11,054 nt of DNA from Chlamydiia bacterium (GTDB lineage Bacteria; Chlamydiota; Chlamydiia; Chlamydiales; Parachlamydiaceae): the NCBI GenBank assembly GCA_038257035.1, contig JBBSJT010000078.1, positions 1 to 11,054 on the forward strand, written 5' to 3'. The translations under genes were made by a program, and so were the position numbers. This document shows, one piece after another, positions 1 to 4,964 of this stretch. Numbering within the stretch: the stretch's first letter is position 1; every line of letters begins with the position of its first letter. The notes below the pieces were generated by a model, which saw only the letters and a program-made list of their open reading frames with translations, was not told the origin of the DNA and did no database searches.

Positions 1-112
1 CAGGATCAGGCAGGATGATATCAATCCTTAGTATATCCTTAAGGTTGATATTATCCTGCCTGATCCTGCCGCGAAGCGAAGCGGAGCGATCCTGAATATC
101 CTGAAAAAAATC
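1..112. repeat. Long palindromic REP/MITE-like repeat, copy 1 (left arm truncated by window start)
   Basis: 1-16 CAGGATCAGGCAGGAT is the exact reverse complement of 53-68. The stem continues 17-24/45-52 (one G-T), with a T25 bulge, 26-30/40-44 and loop 31-39. Segment 58-112 is an imperfect inverted repeat of 10994-11054. Confidence 0.85.
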
Positions 113-218
113 GAAGGTGCTAAATTAATAGGTTTAAGGGGATTGAACTTTTTCACTTCCAAGTAGCATCAGTATATACTAGTGCCTCTTGAAAGTAAAA
201 AGTTTCAGATTCTTTCAA

Positions 219-246
219 CGCAGAGACGCAAAGAAGCAGAGACGCA
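219..246 (+). repeat. 8-bp-period tandem repeat (CGCAGAGA CGCAAAGA AGCAGAGA CGCA)
   Basis: Read directly. GCAGAGACGCA occurs at 220-230 and 236-246, forming a GC-richer patch in AT-rich intergenic DNA. Confidence 0.7.
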
Positions 247-313
247 TATACGTTTAAATAATTTTTTTAACAGCATACTCTTAATTTTTCTTTAAAATTT
301 TCAGATTGAAGTA

Positions 314-330
314 CCAGCAGTATATGCTGG
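314..330 (-). terminator. Possible terminator or 3' stem-loop of the CsbD-BON gene
   Basis: CCAGCA-gtata-TGCTGG 6-bp stem, 7 nt after the stop at 338. The U-tract is weak (TACTTC on the minus strand). Confidence 0.4.
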
Positions 331-337
331 AATCTAA

Positions 338-970
338 TTAATTACGGATTTCGATATTGTTAATTACTTTGACAACACCGGGAATCATTTCAATTTGTTC
401 CTTAACCAAGTTTTTTTCATCTTCATTCTTCACAGTCCCCTGAACTGTAACAACACCGTCGGAATTTTCTATTTTAAATCCTTGCAAAACAGCTAGCAAA
501 AAAGGATTTGAAAATAAAGCCTGGCGAATATTTTCTGTTAATATTTCATCAGGGTTGGTTTTCGAAATAGGTTTTGCCATTGCAATGAGGTTTTCATAGG
601 AGCCATCTGCAATAAATTCACCATCTGTTGTAGTGTAATTTTGAGTGACACCAAAAATTCCTATTAATAAGGCAAATGTTACTCCTGCACCCACGAGATT
701 TTTTCTAATATTAATTTCTTGTTCTTTTGCAAATTGTATTTTTTTGGATTTGTATTCATTTTCAACTTCAAACCGGACATTTGGCTTCCAATTATGAAAT
801 TGCTCTTCCACATGGCTTTTTGAAATATTATATTTATTTTGCAATTTTGAACTAAATATATCAAAACGAGCATCAATCTGGTTCATGTCTTCTTCGGTTA
901 ACTTATTCCATCTGTCTATAATATAAGGCTTTAAATCGTGGTAGTGCTTATTAAATTGGTGCCTTTCCAT
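338..970 (-). CDS. CsbD/YjbJ-like domain + single TM helix + BON domain fusion protein (210 aa)
   Basis: ATG at 970 is preceded by GGAGGAATTT; the ORF-track TTG at 982 overlaps this RBS. aa1-61 resemble E. coli YjbJ (WNKLTEEDM vs WGKLTDDDM; KLQNKY vs KIQERY). Hydrophobic aa92-109 (LVGAGVTFALLIGIFGVT). aa~141-207 have a BON pattern (DEILTENIRQAL...DGVVTVQGTV...IPGVVKVINNI). Confidence 0.85.
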   Translation of the reverse strand: MERHQFNKHYHDLKPYIIDRWNKLTEEDMNQIDARFDIFSSKLQNKYNISKSHVEEQFHNWKPNVRFEVENEYKSKKIQFAKEQEINIRKNLVGAGVTFALLIGIFGVTQNYTTTDGEFIADGSYENLIAMAKPISKTNPDEILTENIRQALFSNPFLLAVLQGFKIENSDGVVTVQGTVKNEDEKNLVKEQIEMIPGVVKVINNIEIRN

Positions 971-1036
971 AAATTCCTCCAATACGCAAATAATATTTTA
1001 ATGGTGTTAGAAACAAGATAGATGTCTTTATTTTTA

Positions 1037-1065
1037 ACAATAATAACAAATTAAGACTTTGTCAA
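1037..1065 (-). promoter_or_regulatory. Sigma70/sigma66-type promoter of the CsbD-BON gene
   Basis: Minus strand TTGACA (1065-1060), N17, TATTGT (1042-1037). Confidence 0.6.
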
Positions 1066-1139
1066 ATAATATTTTGACTTCTCAATTCGTTGTGAATTAT
1101 TCAAGTTCTAATTTTTTAACATGAAGGCACTAAGACTTA

Positions 1140-1219
1140 GAAGACCGTTGTGATTTCCTTAAGGTTAGAAGAAAGTGTGAACTATTCTTTCTAAACTTTA
1201 GGAAATCACAACGGTCTTC
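1140..1219. repeat. 80-bp palindrome immediately downstream of hemE
   Basis: GAAGACCGTTGTGATTTCCT (1140-1159) and AGGAAATCACAACGGTCTTC (1200-1219) form a perfect 20-bp inverted repeat, with an imperfect inner extension to a small loop near 1177-1180. Confidence 0.9.
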
Positions 1220-1224
1220 GTTTT

Positions 1225-2244
1225 TTAAGTTTTTTGGTAGGAGTGGACAGTGTCCACTAAAACTTTAACAGCATCGGGTGACATGTCTGGTAACATGCCA
1301 TGACCTAAATTAAAAATAAATCCCTTGTCGTTGTCCATGCTCTTTAAAATTTTTAAAGTTTCTTTTCGGATAACGTCTTCACTTCCATATAAAATATCAG
1401 GATCCATATTTCCTTGAAGAGCAATATTTGGGCTGATACTATTTCTAATATTTTTTAAATCTGCCTGCCAATCGATACTTATTCCTGAGGGCCCAAGTTC
1501 GGCAAGTTGTGGAGCAAAAATAGAGGAACCACGACAAAATAGGATCACCGGAACATCTTTTTTTATTCCGGCTAGAATTTTTTTTAAATAGGCTAATGAA
1601 AAAGTTCTAAAGTGATCATGGGACAAAAAATGGGCCCATGAATCAAAAATTTGTAATGCTTGCACACCTGCATCTATTTGCAGGTTTAAATATTCTATTG
1701 TGCTTATCGCGATTTTTTCAAGCAGTAAATGAAAACTATCAGGGTCACGAATCATCATTTGTTTTGTTTTTTTAAGATCACGACTCGATCCCCCTTCAAT
1801 CATATAACTTGCAACTGTAAAAGGGGCGCCTGAAAAACCAATCAGGGGCACTTTTAATTCAGATCGTAAAGCTTTAATTCCTAAAGCCACATAATTTAAG
1901 GATTCTTTTACATTTGGGGTTGGAAGAGATTCAATATCTTGTCTTGTAGAAATCGGACGATGGATAATGGGTCCTTTGTTCTCCTCAAAGCTAAGACCTA
2001 CTCGAAAAGCTTCAGGAATAACTAATATATCAGAAAATAAAATAGCCGCATCCATTTTAAAAGCATCTAAAGGAAGTTTTGTTACTTCAACAATTAATTC
2101 CGGATTATGGCACATCTCTAAAAATGAATACTTTTTTCTTAAAAGCCTGTACTCCGGCATGTAGCGCCCAGCTTGTCGCATAAGCCAAACGGGTGGCCTT
2201 GAATCATTTTTACAATTAAGGGCTTTTAAGAAAAGAGAGTTCAT
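1225..2244 (-). CDS. hemE: Uroporphyrinogen decarboxylase
   Basis: Motifs PVWLMRQAGRYMPEY, DAAILFSDIL, LIGFSGAPFT, QIFDSW, LQGNMDP and FIFNLGHG; 339 aa; starts 9 nt after the tkt stop. Confidence 0.97.
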   Translation of the reverse strand: MNSLFLKALNCKNDSRPPVWLMRQAGRYMPEYRLLRKKYSFLEMCHNPELIVEVTKLPLDAFKMDAAILFSDILVIPEAFRVGLSFEENKGPIIHRPISTRQDIESLPTPNVKESLNYVALGIKALRSELKVPLIGFSGAPFTVASYMIEGGSSRDLKKTKQMMIRDPDSFHLLLEKIAISTIEYLNLQIDAGVQALQIFDSWAHFLSHDHFRTFSLAYLKKILAGIKKDVPVILFCRGSSIFAPQLAELGPSGISIDWQADLKNIRNSISPNIALQGNMDPDILYGSEDVIRKETLKILKSMDNDKGFIFNLGHGMLPDMSPDAVKVLVDTVHSYQKT

Positions 2245-2253
2245 ATTAGCCTT

Positions 2254-4254
2254 TTATAAAATGCGTTCCAAAATTGAGACAACAGTAAACCCAAATTCTT
2301 TTTGAAGTTCCCTGTAAGGCGCTGATGCTCCAAAGCGATCCAGGGAAATGGCAATGCCGTGCATGCCGATGTATTTATACCAACCCATATCGACGCCAGC
2401 TTCTATACTGACGCGTTTACCCAAATCGCCTCCAAAAACAGACTCTTTGTAGGAAGCATCTTGTAGCTCAAAAAGCTCCCAACAAGGCATTGAAACAACC
2501 CTTACAGATTTTCCAAGTTTTTCAAGCTCTGCTGCAACATCAAGACTTAAAGAAACTTCAGAACCCGTTGCCACAAGCATGTAGTCGGGTTTTTCACTTT
2601 TTTCTTTTTTAAGGATGTAAGCGCCCTTTCCAAGACCATCATTAAACGAAACGTCCGTTCCCGGTAATTCAGGAAGATTTTGTCTTGATAAAATTAAAGC
2701 TGTGGGACCTTTATAGTTTAAGGCTGAAATCCATGACATTTTCACTTCATTTGCATCGGCAGGACGAATCACGTGTAAATTTGGAATGGCTCTTAAAGCT
2801 GCATAATGTTCAACAGGCTGATGTGTCGGGCCATCTTCACCAAGAAAAATCGAATCATGAGTAAATTGATAAATCACATGCTCTTTCATTAGAGAAGCTA
2901 ATCTAATGGCATTTCGCATGTAATCGGAAAAAGTTAAAAATGTTCCAATTACCGGGGTGATCATGTTTGTTTGTGCAAGACCTGTTGCAATGGTTGCCAT
3001 GGCAAATTCTCGCACACCAAATTTAATATTTCGTCCTTTAAAAAATGAGGGGGCAATAATACCATATTTTTTCATCATAGTTAAATCAGAGCCTGATAAA
3101 TCTGCTGATCCGCCATAAATTTGAGGCAATTTGTCTGCAAGAGCTGCCAAAACTTCTTGGGAGGCCTTTCTTCCTGCAATTGGAGATTTAATTTCAAGAG
3201 AACGAATTTCTTTTTCCAAATCATCCGGAAGCTTCAAATGGCTCATTTTTTCATATTCATCAAAAAGAGTCGGATTTTCTTTTGCCCACGCATCAAAAGT
3301 TTTGTGCCATTTTAATTCTTTTTCCTGATCGGATTCGAGTTTTGCTTTAAAAAAATCAGTGACAGCTTGTGGAACATAAAACGATTCCTGTGGAATTCCT
3401 AAAACTTTTTTGGTCGCATCAATTTCATCAACACCCAAAGGGGCACCATGGGCGTTATGAGTGCCTGCCTTATTAGGAGAGCCTTTTCCAATTATTGTGC
3501 GGGCAATGATCAAACGGGGTTTTTGCTGATTGACAAGAACTTTTTGCATGCACAGATGGAGGGCATCAAGATCATTACCATCTACTTCAAATACTTCCCA
3601 GCCGTAAGCTAAATAACGCATTTTAACATCTTCAGAACAAGACTCAACAAGAGGGCCATCAAGTGTTATCTGGTTGGCATCGTAGATTGCAATTAAATTA
3701 TCAATTTTAAGATGTGCTGCAAAAGATGAGGCTTCCGAAGTAACGCCTTCCATAACACAGCCATCGCCCATAAGCACAAAAACTTTGCTATCAAAAATTT
3801 TATACTGTTCAGTGTTAAATTTTGTGCCTAAAAGTTTTAAGCCAAGGGCTTGACCAACAGCATTTCCAAAGCCTTGACCAAGAGGTCCTGTTGTTGTTTC
3901 TACACCTTCCGTATCTAAGGATTCAGGATGTCCCGGAGTCTTTGAATGCAATTGTCTAAAATTTTTAATATCTTCCAAACTAAGATTGTAACCTGACAAG
4001 TGAAGACAGGAATAAAGAAGCATGGATCCATGCCCTGCAGATAAAATAAAGCGATCGCGATTTGGCCATTTTGGATTTTTTGGATTGTAATTTAGCGTAA
4101 CGCCATAAAGATAAGCTCCGATTTCTGCGCATCCCATTGGCAATCCCGGATGGCCGGAATCTGCCTTTTGAACGGCATCCATTGATAATCCACGGATTGT
4201 ATTTGCTATTTTACCAAGATTTTTTTTTAATCCCTCGTCTAGAATATTGGACAT
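2254..4254 (-). CDS. tkt: Transketolase
   Basis: Motifs SGHPG, RDRFILSAGHGS, TTGPLGQG, TPP-binding GDGCVMEG...N and GEDGPTHQP; 666 aa. Confidence 0.98.
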   Translation of the reverse strand: MSNILDEGLKKNLGKIANTIRGLSMDAVQKADSGHPGLPMGCAEIGAYLYGVTLNYNPKNPKWPNRDRFILSAGHGSMLLYSCLHLSGYNLSLEDIKNFRQLHSKTPGHPESLDTEGVETTTGPLGQGFGNAVGQALGLKLLGTKFNTEQYKIFDSKVFVLMGDGCVMEGVTSEASSFAAHLKIDNLIAIYDANQITLDGPLVESCSEDVKMRYLAYGWEVFEVDGNDLDALHLCMQKVLVNQQKPRLIIARTIIGKGSPNKAGTHNAHGAPLGVDEIDATKKVLGIPQESFYVPQAVTDFFKAKLESDQEKELKWHKTFDAWAKENPTLFDEYEKMSHLKLPDDLEKEIRSLEIKSPIAGRKASQEVLAALADKLPQIYGGSADLSGSDLTMMKKYGIIAPSFFKGRNIKFGVREFAMATIATGLAQTNMITPVIGTFLTFSDYMRNAIRLASLMKEHVIYQFTHDSIFLGEDGPTHQPVEHYAALRAIPNLHVIRPADANEVKMSWISALNYKGPTALILSRQNLPELPGTDVSFNDGLGKGAYILKKEKSEKPDYMLVATGSEVSLSLDVAAELEKLGKSVRVVSMPCWELFELQDASYKESVFGGDLGKRVSIEAGVDMGWYKYIGMHGIAISLDRFGASAPYRELQKEFGFTVVSILERIL

Positions 4255-4284
4255 ACAGGCCTTTTTAAAGTGTTATTGAGCTTG

Positions 4285-4313
4285 ATTCTATCTCATTTAA
4301 AAAAAACGCTCAA
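4285..4313 (-). promoter_or_regulatory. Sigma70/sigma66-type promoter of tkt-hemE
   Basis: Minus strand TTGAGC (4313-4308), N17, TAGAAT (4290-4285), 30 nt upstream of the ATG. Confidence 0.7.
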
Positions 4314-4380
4314 GAGCTTTTTAAAGTTTGATAGTATGTTAAGGCATTAAGGGGTTTGTGGTGAGAGCTTAGAAGGGATT

Positions 4381-4524
4381 TTAAAGGACAAAAAGGACAA
4401 AAAGGACATAAAGGACTAAAAGGACTGATTTACCCTTTTAATTAAATTATAAAGCAAATTTTCTTACCAACAACAACTAACTTGACCTAATTTATGAAGT
4501 TAATTTGTCCTTTCTGTCCTTTAA
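4381..4524. repeat. 9-bp tandem array (AAAGGACNN x5, 4383-4427) with an inverted two-unit arm (4504-4524)
   Basis: Units are AAAGGACAA, AAAGGACAA, AAAGGACAT, AAAGGACTA, AAAGGACTG. 4381-4401 TTAAAGGACAAAAAGGACAAA matches the reverse complement of 4504-4524 (TTAAAGGACAGAAAGGACAAA) at 20/21. Confidence 0.85.
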
Positions 4525-4526
4525 CC

Positions 4527-4817
4527 TTACAGTTTGCTTCTTAGCATGATGTTTTCAATTCTATCAGCAACTTCCTTGCAATTTAAAGGATCACTATCTT
4601 TATAACTTTGATTGCCATAAGTTATTTTATACTTATCAACAATCTTTTGCTTATTACAAATCTCTTCTATTGAGTGTTCCCTATCATTTAAGTCTCTTAA
4701 AAGCTCAACTGCTTCATCACATGGAAGGCGATGAATCTTTACATTCGATTCATTTTGTTGCGGTGTTGATGCTGTAACTGTTCGTATGGTTAACTCGCAA
4801 CTTGGATTAAAAGACAT
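4527..4817 (-). CDS. Hypothetical protein (~96 aa; alternative start 4829)
   Basis: Open frame fills the tkt-alaS gap. GAGGA RBS lies just before ATG 4817. No family recognised. Confidence 0.65.
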   Translation of the reverse strand: MSFNPSCELTIRTVTASTPQQNESNVKIHRLPCDEAVELLRDLNDREHSIEEICNKQKIVDKYKITYGNQSYKDSDPLNCKEVADRIENIMLRSKL

Positions 4818-4855
4818 AAAATTCCTCATTTGAATCTGTATAATTAAAAATTTAA

Positions 4856-4888
4856 TTCATGACTTTGACTTACCCTTGAAGTCATGAA
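4856..4888. promoter_or_regulatory. 10-bp perfect inverted repeat in the divergent promoter region (candidate operator)
   Basis: TTCATGACTT (4856-4865), N13, AAGTCATGAA (4879-4888). Confidence 0.45.
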
Positions 4889-4907
4889 ACTGCAACATCC
4901 TAAACCG

Positions 4908-4936
4908 TTGCGAATTAAATTACCTTAAGATATGAT
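4908..4936 (+). promoter_or_regulatory. Sigma70/sigma66-type promoter of alaS-mfd
   Basis: TTGCGA (4908-4913), N17, TATGAT (4931-4936). Confidence 0.7.
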
Positions 4937-4964
4937 TATATACTATAAAACTTCAAGGATTCTC

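Noticed and set aside
971..982. TTG start at 982 for the CsbD-BON gene
   Set aside because: It overlaps the GGAGGA RBS of ATG 970, and the YjbJ alignment begins exactly at ATG 970.
180..1133. 8-bp inverted pair TAGTGCCT (180-187) / AGGCACTA (1126-1133) around the CsbD-BON gene as transposon ends
   Set aside because: Too short, does not extend convincingly, and no target duplication was seen.
4383..4427. CRISPR array
   Set aside because: The 9-bp units are contiguous, with no unique spacers and no cas genes.
4932..4964. N-terminal extension of AlaS (ORF-track start 4932)
   Set aside because: That ATG lies within the predicted -10 box. ATG 4965 has an RBS and gives the usual AlaS N-terminus and length.
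4937..4964. T-box or attenuator leader for alaS
   Set aside because: The predicted 5' UTR is only ~20-25 nt, and no T-box motif was seen.
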